From positions 56,200,598 through 56,264,597 of the forward strand of contig NC_068983.1 of assembly GCF_001194135.2 (NCBI RefSeq): a stretch of DNA of 64,000 nt, given 5' to 3'. Position numbers and translations under genes: made by a program. This document shows, piece by piece, positions 24,450 to 36,775 of the stretch (position 1 is the first letter of the stretch; every line of letters begins with the position of its first letter). Below the pieces are notes generated by a model. That model was not told where the DNA came from. It made no database searches and saw only the letters and a list, made by a program, of their open reading frames with translations. This stretch comes from Octopus bimaculoides (taxonomy: Eukaryota).

Positions 24450-26520
24450 TAACAAAAGCTGTGAGAGAATTGCTCTAACAATGATTACAGAGATCCTAAT
24501 ACAACTGTTTATCTAGAACATTCATATATCTATCCTTACTGGTAATTTGTCAATGTCCTTACTGAACGTGTTGTGTATCTCTCCAGTTAGACTAATTGCA
24601 AATGAGATTAATGATACATTCCCTTAACTGTAATTATGATTTTAATTCAACGGCAAGGTCGATGTAGTTTTTTTAGTAATTGGCATTGTTACATCGATAA
24701 TTAATTCGCCATTGTCATTTTTGTCTGAATGACGTCAAGATTATTCTGTGTTACCTAATGGTAACGCAGAAGTTTTTATCTCCACATGTGAACCAATTGT
24801 TCAAACGCATTTTGCTTTGCTATTGATTTCACCTTCTTTGCAACTACAGTTGCTGCACTTCCCTCATGTTGTTAAACCTGCATAAACTCACTTGAAAATT
24901 TTTTGCTCTCCTTCATAACAGAATGAAGCTTCTTACGTCTTTTATGGTTTTCAACGAACTTTAGCATCCAATCGTTAGATGTTTCAAGATATTTTGCCAA
25001 TCCAATTGAGGTGGGTTTCTGGGAGATTTCAAATTGGATCAAGCCTCAACCTCCTTGAGCTTTAGGTAGGTGAGGACGATATCTGCGTCTACCTTAGGGT
25101 GGTGCATCTTATTGCAAGTCAGCAGCTTATGGATTTTCCCGTCAATCTTCCTTATTTCTTACATATTCCAGTTCAACACATTGAAACTGTAAATAACAAC
25201 CGGAACCGCTAAGGAATTCATAGCTAACACCTTGTTACGTGCATTTAACTCGGATTTTAGAACTGTACGAACTCACCTGTAACACTTCTTCCTGATCTTC
25301 TCTTTCATACTCGCATGTTGAATGCCAGAACCTTCATTTATTCCGAGGTATTTTTCAGTTTGTTCCTGCTCGAGTTTTTTTTTATGACTGAGTCAACATC
25401 CAACACCGCTGAAAGTGAGGTCTTCAGTTTCCCTTTCTGGAAAGTGGCCTTGGCATAATTTATCAAGACCAAATTCCATCCCAGTGTCATCACTGAATGC
25501 TTTCACAGTACGTAATAGTCCTTCAAGTTCATTATCATCTCTGCCGTAGAGTTTTGAGTCATCCATATAAAATAGATAACTTATTTTCTTGTCGCCAATT
25601 TTATATCCATACCCTGTTCTGTTAAGTTCACTTGTAAGGGGTATTAGGGCTATGCAGAAAATTAAAGATGAAAGTGAGTCACCTTGGAAAACATTGCAGT
25701 TGATATTAATATTTTTTGTGGTCAGTAGAGTGGTATAATTGGATATTCGTATTCCACATTGACATGTTGTGCTTCAGGAAGCTTGAAATCACAGGAGAAA
25801 TTTTTAAGATATCCAGCGATTTCAAGACCCATGAATGCGGTTTGCTATCAAAGGCCTTTTTATAATCAATTCATGCAGAACTGAGATTTCTGCGTTTGAT
25901 ATGACAGTTCTCAGGGATCATGCGATTGATTAAGAGTTGGCCTTTGCATTCATATGAGCCTCGTCGGCACCCCTTTTGTTCAGTGGGGAAAAATATCGTT
26001 CTGTTCCATAAATTTGTAAGTTTTCTCTACGAGGATGGATGTTAAAATTTTATACGTGGTAGGCAGACATGTTATGGGCCTATAGTTTTGGGAAAATTTA
26101 GTTTCATTATTGTTCGGGAGTGGGTAAGTAATACCTCTTGCTAACCAATCAGTTGTTTTTGTAGGATCTCTCATAATTTCATTGAACAACTAGACTAACT
26201 TTTCGTGTGTGCACACGGGAGCGAGGCAAACCAGAAATTTGGCGCCCTATCACCACCAGAAGTTTTCCACTTATAAGCCTTCATGAGTGTCATCCTTAGG
26301 TCTGCTATTGTGATGTCTTCCCATCCTTGTCCTGGTATATTTTAGTAGGATCCTTCAGTATGTCTAATCCAGTCTGCACTTTGATTGTAAGTCTTTTCAT
26401 TATATTTTTCCAGGTTTTATCTTCTTCCATGGCAGGGTTGGGGTTGGGGGGATCTTCAATGGTTATTTTTTCCTTCCCTATTTATTTGTAGAATGTTTTT
26501 GCATTGGATGTGAACAGCTT
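24450..26520 (-). mobile_element. R4/Dong-type LINE, degenerate RT through C-terminus
   Basis: NYRPITCLPTTYKILTSIL, IDYKKAFDS, FQGDSLSSLIFCIAL, FYMDDSKLYG and KYLGI motifs, with many stops and frameshifts. Confidence 0.9.
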
Positions 26521-26540
26521 ATTTTGCTTGTAAAATTTGT

Positions 26541-26650
26541 TCCTCCTCCTCCTCCTCCTCCTTCGTCTTCTTCTTCTTCTTCTTCTTCTTCTTCTTCTTC
26601 TTCTTCTTCTTCTTCTTCTTCTTCTTCTTCTTCTTCTTCTTCTTCTTGTT
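26541..26650. repeat. (CCT)n(CTT)n tract
   Basis: Read directly from the sequence. Confidence 0.95.
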
Positions 26651-26834
26651 ATTATTATCTCATATACGCCATACATGCACAACAAATTAAACTGTTGGAA
26701 AAAAATTCCTTGAGTGGACTACAACAAGTAACCTTAGATGTCAAAAACTCTCTGAAATATTCTAGCAGTCCCTCATAACACTGTTTTCTGGAGCTGTTTC
26801 ATTGATTAAATGAATAAATAATCGTTCCTATCAT

Positions 26835-27030
26835 GAGTGCGAGGACTGAAATTTTGGGGCAGGTGTCTCGTCGACTACATCGACTCCGGGGTTCGACTGG
26901 AACTTGTTTTATCGATCCTGAATGGATGAAAAGCAAAACCAACCTCAACAGAATTTGAACTAAGAACGAGAAGACGGATGAAACGCCTTTAAGAATTTTG
27001 TCCGACGTGCTAACGATTCTTACAGCTCAT
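26835..27030 (-). mobile_element. SINE family A
   Basis: Diverged family A core and head. Confidence 0.8.
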
Positions 27031-27034
27031 CACT

Positions 27035-27066
<32 letters not shown>

Positions 27067-27149
27067 ATGAAAAAATGAATAATAACAGATAATGCAGAAA
27101 TGTTGGTCGTTATGCAAGGCTTTTCTATAGGAAATCTATGAAGGATTAA

Positions 27150-28500
27150 TTTTATTATATATATTTTGGTCCATCTTTTACATTTTCTTAAAGACAATTT
27201 GGCCCACAATTCCATATGACTCTTCTCGACATTCTTTTTTGTTTCTCTGGTAATCCATTAAGATTTCATACTTTGCTTGGTGTTCGATCACTCTATCTGA
27301 GAGTGTGGATGTCAATGTCCTGTATGTTACCGATAGACTGATTACGTTAAGGTTGATGGTTTGGAAGTTCTTGGAGATAATTGTTTTCTTATCTCTCAGC
27401 AACCAGTTTGCCATTATCTGTTATTGTTATAGCTATCTGCTGAAAGCCCCCTCGCAACGGCCCTGTGTGCACTTGTAAGATATTTTAGCCAATACTTAAA
27501 CACCATATCGATTATAGGGATTTTCCCTTTTCTACTATTTTTAATGCTGCGCTCATTTCTTCGGTCGATATATTTCGCAATCCTTGCATTTTATTCTCTA
27601 CCTTTGTTCAGCCTCTTGCATAAACTCTGCTGCTATTTTTGTTGTGGGTGACAGCAGTCCACAATATATCTATCCACTATTTCATTATTTTTAGCTTTGT
27701 TGCCGATGCTGTTATCTCTATGATTGACTTACTTAATCTTCTATAGAATGCTCTGAGCTTTCTTTCAAATAGTTCATTATGTTAAAGAAACATTTACGCT
27801 ATTCAAATCGCTTAATACTTTGTCTTTGCCGATATTTCTTATCTTAATCTCTTTTCTATTTCTGTGACTTACTCTTTTCTTTTGATGCTATATTTCCTAA
27901 ATTCCATTTTTATTTCTTTCCTTATTTTAACTATTTTAATTTTTGGGCATTTCTTTGTTTACTTAATTCAGCATTCTTAGACTTAGTTTTTTCTATTTTT
28001 GTCAGTGTTACTTTGGTTCATTCTTTAATCCACGTTGCAGTTTCGTATTTATCTCAATGTTCACTCCACCTTTTAACACTGTGTATATATATTTTTGATA
28101 TTAGGATTGCAACTAAACAAACAAATTGCTTTACTATATCATTGCTGGGGTTAATTTTTTTTCTTTCTGAAACCTCTCACAATACTCTGTTTTAATGGGA
28201 AATGCTTTCAACACAATCCTTTTGTTTAAGTATATTTCAATAGAGTCTTCTCTGTTATTCACATCTCATCTGATTTGTTTGTTATCTCATCTGATTTGTT
28301 TGTTATCTCATCTGATTTGTTTGTTATCTCATCTGTCATTATTTTCAAATCATTGTTACGAAGAGAAGTCTCTTCAGATTTATTGACTCAGTTTAGATTC
28401 TCCAAATGCGTTTTTTTTTATTACCTGGGAGTCGTCAAAGTATCATACTTCTAAGGTTTGTTTCTGCTGTTTTTATTTGTCCAACCATATCCCACCGTTA
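27150..28500 (-). mobile_element. Older R4/Dong-type LINE remnant (N-terminal region to RT start)
   Basis: NWLLRDKKTIISKNFQTINLNVISLSVTYRTLTSTLSDRVIEHQAKYEILMDYQ resembles the first RT domains. Confidence 0.55.
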
Positions 28501-28660
28501 TGAAGAAAACAAACGTCATGTAGGCAGATAGTCGAATGATAGTTTTTACTTCATTGATTCAGCATTTCAAGTTTAACATCCATCCATCTCGTTGATCATT
28601 TCACAGTGTTTCCTACATTCAAAGACATTGTGTCAATTGGGGAATATTACATTTTCATTG

Positions 28661-28800
28661 TGGAGGCACGTGGTTTAGTGGCTTAGGTGTTGCACTCTCG
28701 ACCGCTAGATCGTGAGTTCGATTCTCGTAGCGAGCTGCGTGTTGTGTTCTTGAGTAATACACTTCATTTCACGGTGCTCCAGTCCACTCTATGTAAATGG
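28661..28800 (+). mobile_element. SINE family D/C-type head
   Basis: GGAGGCACGTGGTTTAGTGG..GAGTTCGATTCTCG..TTTCACGGTGCTCCAGTCCACTC. Confidence 0.75.
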
Positions 28801-29206
28801 GTGGCGGCGTCATTCGAAAGCTAAAATCAATGCAAAGCGATGCATAACATCCGACAGTCTGATTAATCACGTGATATTTCCATTACTGAGTAATGTCTCC
28901 CTGTATGCACTTGTGGCTGCTGTCGATTTTGAACACCAGGTCAATTCTAATTGAATAGGCTATGATTTCAAGTATTTCAGCTATACTCATCCAGTATTCT
29001 TTAGATGTATGTAGAACTACCGTATCTAATGGGTCCAGTTTTTGTATAAGATGTTAGGGTGCGATCTAAAGGAAATTTAGCTGCTATTTCTATTTCGAAA
29101 TGCCCTTAATTTCTACTGGCAGTCACAATAAAGATGATCAAGGTGAACTTGGATAACATATAACAACTGCTGTAGCTCTGCATTTGCGTTGCACAGTATT
29201 TTGGCT

Positions 29207-29615
29207 TCTTTTACTCTTTTACTCTTTTACTTGTTTCAGTCATTTGACTGCGGCCATGCTAGAGCACCGCCTTTAGTCGAGCAAATCGACCCCAGAACTT
29301 ATTCTTTGTAAGCCTAGTACTTACTCTATCGGTCTTTTTTGCTGAACCGCTAAGTTACGGGGACGTAAACACACCAGCATCGGTTGTCAAGCGATGTTGG
29401 GGGGAACAAACACAAACACACAAACACACACATATATAAATACATATACATATATACGACGGACTTCTTTCATTTTTGCGTCTACCAAATCCACTCACAA
29501 GGCTTTGGTCGGTCCGAGGCTATAGTAGAAGACACTTGCGCAAGATGCCTCGCAGTGGGACTGAACCCGGAATCATGTGGTTAGTAAGCAAGCTACTTAC
29601 CACATAGCCACTCCT
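29207..29615 (-). mobile_element. SINE family B, full length
   Basis: Same layout as 3745-4145. Confidence 0.92.
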
Positions 29616-31119
29616 ATAATTGTAGCAGTTCTACTCTATTTGGACGTATTTTTTTGTATCTAATATCGAACGAAACGTAAAGTGCTTTTACAGTGATGTT
29701 ATAAATGTTATTTGGATGTTTGAAGGTGATTTTACATATAAAGAGATTAATTGTATGACTTTGTATTTACTGCATCAACAAATCATTTAAGTATAAAGCT
29801 TATACGTTCAGGCGGCTTTTTATTTCAAATATTTCATTGTGTAGATACAATCGACAGTTGTTGTTCATGTGCAACCTGTTACTATGTGTGCTGCTGTGCA
29901 TCCTTCGTAGTCTGATGTCATTTGTCAAAGATGAATTAGAGTTTCCAGCAAGATGGAGTGGTAGGAGCACAGTGATGACATACGGCCCAGGTCTGATTAT
30001 AGCCGATTTCTTTCATAAAGTGAGACAGATAGAAAGGAAGGAAAGAAAGCCAGGAGAAGAAAGAAACTTAGTAGACGACTGGTACTTTATCTATCGACTC
30101 TGAAAGGATGAAAGACTAAATCTCTAAGTTTAAATTCTCGATAGGATTTGAACTCAGAGCGCTGATAACCAGAACGATTATCGCAAAGCAATCTATCCAA
30201 CGTTCCAAAAACCTTTGGCTGTTGCCTGTCTTAGAACTTGAATATTCCATAATGGATTTCATATGTTATTTGTGTTGGGTAGATGTTTATAATGTGAGAC
30301 TTCTTTCTATATTTCTGAGCTTTACTAATTTTTTTTTTACTCTGTCTGGTATGAAATTTGAGGAGGCGCTGTAGACCACTCCGGGATTTTCTTTTATTTT
30401 CTACCACCAGCACATATAGTCATCCATTTATCTTGTCGTGTCTGAATTTTGGTGTTGAATGACGTTCTTTAGGTGATAATAAGCTGGAAAGTTTCTCTTG
30501 TTAGGTTTTTCTCTGATAAAATGCTATTAGGCGTTCTTAGTTTTTCTGTTGTCTTCTTATTTAATTATGTAAAGCTTTAGATTTTTTATGTCGTTTTCTA
30601 CCATCTTCGTTTTTAGAATAAATCTTCACATATTCGAAAGTAACGGGTTCGGATGGATTGAAAGCCCCTAGCAATGAATGTTTGCGTTATATCAACGAGA
30701 GAAGGAAAAAAAAATTCTAAACGTTCGTCACTTTAAGCAGACCACAGTTCATCCAACATATGACCATACGTATAGAAGACATGATTAATTGATACCATAT
30801 AGCACTTTATTATATTCGTATACAATCTAATCTATCTTCTTAGCTAAAGGTGATAGAATGAGGCAGAAGAAAAGTAGTGAAAAGAAAACTCTTCACGAAA
30901 GATACCATTCCTGACAAGAATTAATTTCGTTTCCTCAGTTCCTTGTTTTGTTTAGATTCGTATTACTCTCTTCGATTTGAACATAACCCAATACATTTCT
31001 TTCTTGCTTCCAACACTATCTTAACCATGGCTAGCATTTCCTTCGGCCTCGGATGGGGATTACCGTCAGAACCATATGGTGGTGGATGACAAAAGCAGAC
31101 ACACGCACAGATCTGCACA

Positions 31120-31275
31120 TACGATGGGCTTCTTTCAGTTTCTGTCTACCAAATCCACCCACAACGATCTAGTCGGCTCAAGGCTATAGCAGAAGACATT
31201 TGTCCAAGGTGCCATGCAGTGGTACTGAACCCAGAACGATGTGGTTGCGAAGCTCCTTACCACAAGCCATGCCTG
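31120..31275 (-). mobile_element. SINE family B 5' half
   Basis: GGGCTTCTTTCAGTTTCTGTCTACCAAATCCAC..CCTTACCACAAGCCATGCC. Confidence 0.8.
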
Positions 31276-32639
31276 ATTATTTATCATTTGTAATTAAGTT
31301 GTTGTTACGGTATTATATTATCTCATAGGCAAGTTGGAATCAAGGTGTAGTGTTTGAGGTCTGATGTTTATTAAAGCGAGCGAGTAGAATGCTATTTTCC
31401 TTAGTGAAGTAATTTAGCTGCTCTTTCTGTTTCTACAGAAACAACAGCTTAATACTTCAAAGCACTGCGTGAGTGTCTCTTTTGTTTTCACCTAGTTGTT
31501 GGCAATATCTTTTCGGGTCGGAGATAAACTGTTTGTTTTCTTAAAAATACCTTTGAAGCTTTTCATAATGATGGATTCTTTGAGATATGAAGAGAATCTC
31601 TTGTCTTAGGCCGTCTTTGATATTAGATATTCCCATTTTTGTTTCTTATTTCATATGTCAGTCTTGTTTGTCATTCTATTTTGTTTTTACAGTTTTCTTT
31701 GTTGATTTCATTAAGGATTGAACCATTTTATTTTATTTCATTTTCTACCACTCTTTGAATATTGGTTTTTCCACGTTGTTTGGTTTTGTTTAGATGTTGC
31801 TATACTTGAGAAGGCATCAACTATCTGCTGTGATGACTGGTTGTTGCATAGATTCGTTGGTTTATTCGTATGATATTGATGTTTACATCCGTTTCTAGTA
31901 TGCCTGTGGTAACCCAGTATGTTTGTGCATTTCTATTTTTGTTGCTACTTTAACTTCATGTCTTACATTTTGTAGGGACTTTTGTTGGTCCGTAGGAAGA
32001 TCTATCGATTTTAAATGAACTGTTTACACTTTGAGATTGTCGTCATATTGAAAATTTTCAACAATAGATCTTCATATCCTCAGATCTTTTTCATATTCAA
32101 AAGTGTTCACACATCCGTTGGTGTAGAACTGGTTCAAGTTTATTGGTCGATATTCTTTGCCGTTTATTAATTCTTTTGAAGGTTTGGCTCACTTTAGGTT
32201 TATCATAGTCTTTTATGTGTTCAATTTTTGAAGTTCTAATCGTTTAAATCTTGACGTTTTTTAAATAGTTGTTTGTATCTTCCTAGTATATACATTCTTT
32301 TAAAGTATTCCATTTATATATATATCATATCATTTCGGATTGAAGTATATCTCTTATTTATTCAGCTTAACTATTGCCGTTCCAAATTCTTCAAGGTATT
32401 ATTTTCTCTACACATTATACACTCATGTTATAGAAGTCTCCCTTTGCGCGTAGAGCGTAAATAACATATGTATGTAGAATGGAAACATCCTTCGCGAGAC
32501 AAGTTCTCTCTTTATATTTTATTTGCTTATTTGGAGGAAAAACATTTGGCGAAATTTTTATTTACAATAACAATAAACGAAGCATTAACCCAAATACGTT
32601 TATATTAGTATTTACCACACATGAAAATCATTATTATCA

Positions 32640-32830
32640 TAAGCATGCCCGGCAAAATGCTTAGCAGCATTTTGTCCGTCTTTACGTTCCGAGTTCAAAT
32701 TCTGCCGAGGTTGACTTTGCTTTTCATCATTTCAATGTCAATGAATTAAATACCAGTTGAGCACTGGGGGTCGATGTAATCGATTTACCTTCCCCCACCC
32801 CCAAGTTGCTGGCCTTGAATCAAAAATCGA
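32640..32830 (+). mobile_element. SINE family A
   Basis: GAGTTCAAATTCTGCCGAGGTTGACTTTGC core. Confidence 0.85.
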
Positions 32831-32852
32831 AACGATAATTATTATCATTGAA

Positions 32853-33245
32853 TGAGAGAGCAGTACACGCCATCAAAGTGACGCTGGGGTGCAAATGTAT
32901 GAAGCCCAATTGATCCCTCAAAAGGCCCTTGGATAAGGGTTCTTAAAGGATGATGAACAAAACACCCTTGTTTCCTGGGGTGAATTATTCAAACCTCAAA
33001 GAATCCCTCTCAACACATTGCAATGATGCTATCCCACAATTCCTGCTCGTAATCACAACGGCACATATGATCAGTCACTAAGGGACATGCTCAACTGGTT
33101 ATGGTCAAGGAACTGACAGGCAAATCTGTAGTATTGAGCTGTATCCCATCCTTCACACCAAGGCAAAAACATGTACATGTTAACACTTCTAATCAGTTAA
33201 GATCAGAAATCATGAGAGACACTGCCTGGTATTGCATCTAGGCAT
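32853..33245. mobile_element. Non-coding interspersed repeat family F (copies at 36871-36925 and 55693-56191)
   Basis: Shared terminus TGAGAGAGCAGT(G/A)CA(T/C)GCCATCAAAGTGAC and shared interior. No tRNA head is visible, and the ends sit next to (TTA)n. Confidence 0.75.
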
Positions 33246-33266
33246 TTATTACTATTATTATTATTA

Positions 33267-34980
33267 TGAAAGACTCTCGGATAGTTCTTAATTACCGGTT
33301 GTTCTTTACTTGAAAGCAGTCAACAACAACAAATCACCAAAGGTTTCAAGTAGTGCCTTCTTCTCCTCTGACTCAAAGAGACAACAATCTCCTTAAAATG
33401 CGAGCTGTACTCAACAATGCTGTCTTCCGCATCGCCTCGGGTCTGACAGCAGCTTCAATATTCTTAATATGTTTATCAAAGCCCTTGGAAACTGCTCCTA
33501 ATGCTCCAATTACCAACAGTATCCCCATTACTTTCCTCATGCCTCATAACTTTCCTATCTCATCCTGCAGTGGCTGGTATTTCTCAATCTTTTCTGTTTC
33601 CTTACATTCTGTTTCCTTACATTCCACCCTCGAATCACCTGGTATTGTAACATCTATTATCTTTACTTCTTTTTCAGCTTTATGGATGAGCACGATATCT
33701 GGTCGTTTCGCCTCTATGACTTGGACGCACTATATGTTAAAATACCAGAGTATTTTGTAATGTTCGTTTTCCATTACTCCCTCTGGCTTGTGTTCATACC
33801 GTTGTTCGGCTCTCTCGAGGTTTGCTTTACCGCACAACAGCCAGTGGACATATCTGGCCACATTGTCGTGTCTCCTTTTATATTCGCATTGTGCGAGCTT
33901 ACAGCATTCACTAAAAATATGGTTTATACTTTCTCCCTTCTCAGCACACATCCTACACTGTGGCAATTCAGTGCTTTTATCAATGTAATATTCGGAGTAG
34001 TTTGTTCTGAGAGCTTGTTCTTGAGCGCTGCACACTAATGCCTCAGTGAGCCCTTTAAAGTCCCCTTTCTGCAGCCATTGCCTGGTTCTGTTCCAATCAC
34101 TCTCATCTTTATTGTTCAAGAACTGACTGTGCATTTTCTTGTCCTGCCAAATTTTCTTCATCTGCTCTCTCTTGTCTTTCTTAAATTGTGTTGGATCTAC
34201 AGCTTCATTCTCTTTTAAGGTTCCCTGCATTTTCACTGCTCCAATCATTTCTTCTTCACTCCCCTTGACATACCAAGCCAGGCTATTCTCCTCTTCCCTT
34301 ACACAACTTTCACAACACACTAATCCCCCTCCTCCTTCCTTCTTCTTTACATACAATCTTGACACGTCACTCTTGGGTGTAGTTCCTTGTTCCTTGTCAT
34401 TAATTTATGTGTTCTCCAGTGTATCTTTTGCAATTCATTCTTCTTCCAAGATACTATTTCTGCCCCATATTTCATCAAAGCCACAGCCAGGTGTTAATTG
34501 CTCTAATCTTATAGCGCCCATTTAGATTCGACTGGAGCACAAGCCAAGTTTTCAAATACTCTTTCCTGTACACTTCTTTCATTTCATTTTATCTCTTTCA
34601 ATGATACCCAGGTACTTATATCCTTCCTCTTCGACTTCCTTTGTAGTTTCACCACTCACCAGCTTGATATCACGGCTTTTATTGATTTTCCCCCTTTTGA
34701 GAATCATTACACCACGTTTTTCGATCCCAAATTCCATGCCAATATCTTTGCTAATCTTCTGCACAGTTGCTATCAAACTCTTAATTTCTTTCTCAGTCTT
34801 AGCGAATAACTTTAGGTCATCCATAAACCACAGGTTGTTTACTTTCACCCTGCCTAGCATGTATCATACACGCATCTTTCTTAAAACACTCGTTAGGGGC
34901 AGTATGCAGACAACGAATAGAAGAGGTGACAGAATGTCTCCTTGAAAGATGCCTCTTTTGATATTTACCTCTTCCAGCTT
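33267..34980 (-). mobile_element. R4/Dong-type LINE, 5' truncated (RT C-half, CCHC finger, REL endonuclease)
   Basis: IFQGDILSPLLF, WFMDDLKLFAK, YKYLGI, CRMCAEKGESINHIFSEC, KRPDIVLI..IIDVTIPGD and TALLSTARILRR. (TAA)n lies on both sides. Confidence 0.92.
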
Positions 34981-34996
34981 ATCATCATCATCATCA

Positions 34997-35056
<60 letters not shown>

Positions 35057-35074
35057 GTCAAAACGAAGAGTGCG

Positions 35075-35140
35075 ATTTTAGATGTTTTATTTTTTGAACA
35101 ACATTTCGACAGAACGTCTGTCTTTCTCAAGTTCAAACCA
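35075..35140 (-). ncRNA. Hammerhead-ribozyme-like motif (variant core) in the PLE 3' pLTR
   Basis: CTTGAGAAA, perfect 6-bp stem GACAGA/TCTGTC, GAA, 5-bp stem ATGTT/AACAT with AATAAA overlapping the loop, then C (AUC triplet). Stem I is weak. Confidence 0.55.
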
Positions 35141-35316
35141 AAAGGTGATTGAAAATTCAAAATTTCAGAAACCAAACGTAAACTATGAACGTGAGTAACC
35201 AGCGTCCATACGTTGATAGAATGACATCATCAGTTTTTGTCAGTTTTTTAATAAGCAGAAAGAAAGAAAGAAAAAGGAAGATGACAGAAAAAGAAAAGAA
35301 AAAGAAAGAAGAATAT

Positions 35317-36474
35317 TCAATCAAACACTTTTGTATAAATTTGATGATATTCTCCTGTCATCTTATTCATTCCTCCAGGGCGTGATGTCAATAACCCGCA
35401 AATATATTTCTCCTCATACATTCTGAGAAGTGAAAGTGGGGTACATTCAGGATATTTTTTGAGAATGTGCACTTTCAAATCTTCTTCAAAATTGCAGCCG
35501 CTTGAAACGAAATGTTCAGCAAGTTCTGTTGAACTACTGTTCTTGTGCCTGACATCGAATCTGTGCCCATTAAACCTTTTGTTTAATTGTTCCGTTGTAC
35601 AACCAACATAAATCAAGTTATGTTTCGTGCATTCTGTACCGTACGCTAAATGGAATCTTTGCAGGTTCCCCCTTCTGTATAAATCATAACATTTCTATCA
35701 TGATTTTTGATGGTATTCACTTTACTCATGTTGTTGCACAATGAACAGGGCTTACCTCTCTTGCGGTTGTTTTTTAAGGTACAGCGTGTAAATACTCCAA
35801 CGTTCGTTTTCTTGGAATCAGAAATAGAGGTCAATAATTCTTTTATGTTCTTATTCCGTTGAAAGGCTACAATGGGCGGCTGAGGAAATATCTGTTTGAA
35901 ACTGGGATATTTTTTCGCCACATGTTGGTAACTTTCATGCAACACTTTTGAAATGCCAGCGAAACGTCGGTGCCAGTTAATCACTAAAGGAATTCTGTAA
36001 TCTGTTGTATTTTGTTTGCTAAGATTAGGCGTGTAGGTTTGACTATCTTTGCTAATCTTTGCTATTTCCTTTAAACGTGATTCACTATAACCTCGTTTGA
36101 CATAATGACATACAAAAGCATTTGCATGTTTCCAGTAATCCCCTATGTCAGTGCAAATCCGTTTTATCCTCAAAAATTGGGATTTCGGATTTGACCGAAT
36201 AAGATGATGTGGATGATCTGAGCGGCGGTGGAGATATATGTGGGATGATGTTGGCTTGCAAAATAACTCTGTCACTATTCTGCCTCCAGAAAACTTGACT
36301 TTTGTGTCCAAAAATTCAACGCTAGTTTTTGAAAAACTAGACGTAAATTTTATGTTGGACTTAAAGCCATAGTTTCTAGTAAAACAATCACAGAAATGCA
36401 AGAAGTCCATTAAACTATCCTGTGATCCTTCCCAGACAAAAAATACGTCGTCAATGAACCGTAACCAGAGTATT
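35317..36474 (-). pseudogene. PLE RT plus GIY-YIG ORF, 5' truncated or gapped, one frameshift near 35645
   Basis: ORFs 35646-36474 and 35317-35616 are contiguous apart from one frameshift. Confidence 0.85.
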
Positions 36475-36704
36475 NNNNNNNNNNNNNNNNNNNNNNNNNN
36501 NNNNNNNNNNNNNNNNNNNNNNNNNNNNNNNNNNNNNNNNNNNNNNNNNNNNNNNNNNNNNNNNNNNNNNNNNNNNNNNNNNNNNNNNNNNNNNNNNNNN
36601 NNNNNNNNNNNNNNNNNNNNNNNNNNNNNATCAACGTATGGACGCTGGTTACTCACGTTCATAGTTTACGTTTGGTTTCTGAAATTTTGAATTTTCAATC
36701 ACCT

Positions 36705-36775
36705 TTTGGTTTGAACTTGAGAAAGACAGACGTTCTGTCGAAATATTGTTCAAAAAATAAAACATCTAAAATCGC
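36705..36775 (+). ncRNA. Second copy of the hammerhead-like motif in the inverted pLTR
   Basis: Same motif, with stem III carrying a G-to-A change (ATATT/AACAT). Confidence 0.5.

Noticed and set aside
28263-28335. CRISPR-like repeat array
   Set aside because: The repeats are contiguous with no spacers, and the context is eukaryotic.
29837-30103. Host exon (plus-strand ORF, or ankyrin-like DYEGCTAAHI on the minus strand)
   Set aside because: Splice signals are weak, there are flanking stops, and I recognise no domain.
35195-35235. Canonical CTGATGA hammerhead core on the minus strand
   Set aside because: No GAAA follows the putative stem II.
35190-35240. SECIS element in the PLE 3' UTR (some Naiad PLEs encode selenoproteins)
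   Set aside because: ATGA is present but the 3' GA quartet is missing (GACGCTGG), and the visible ORF has no in-frame TGA.
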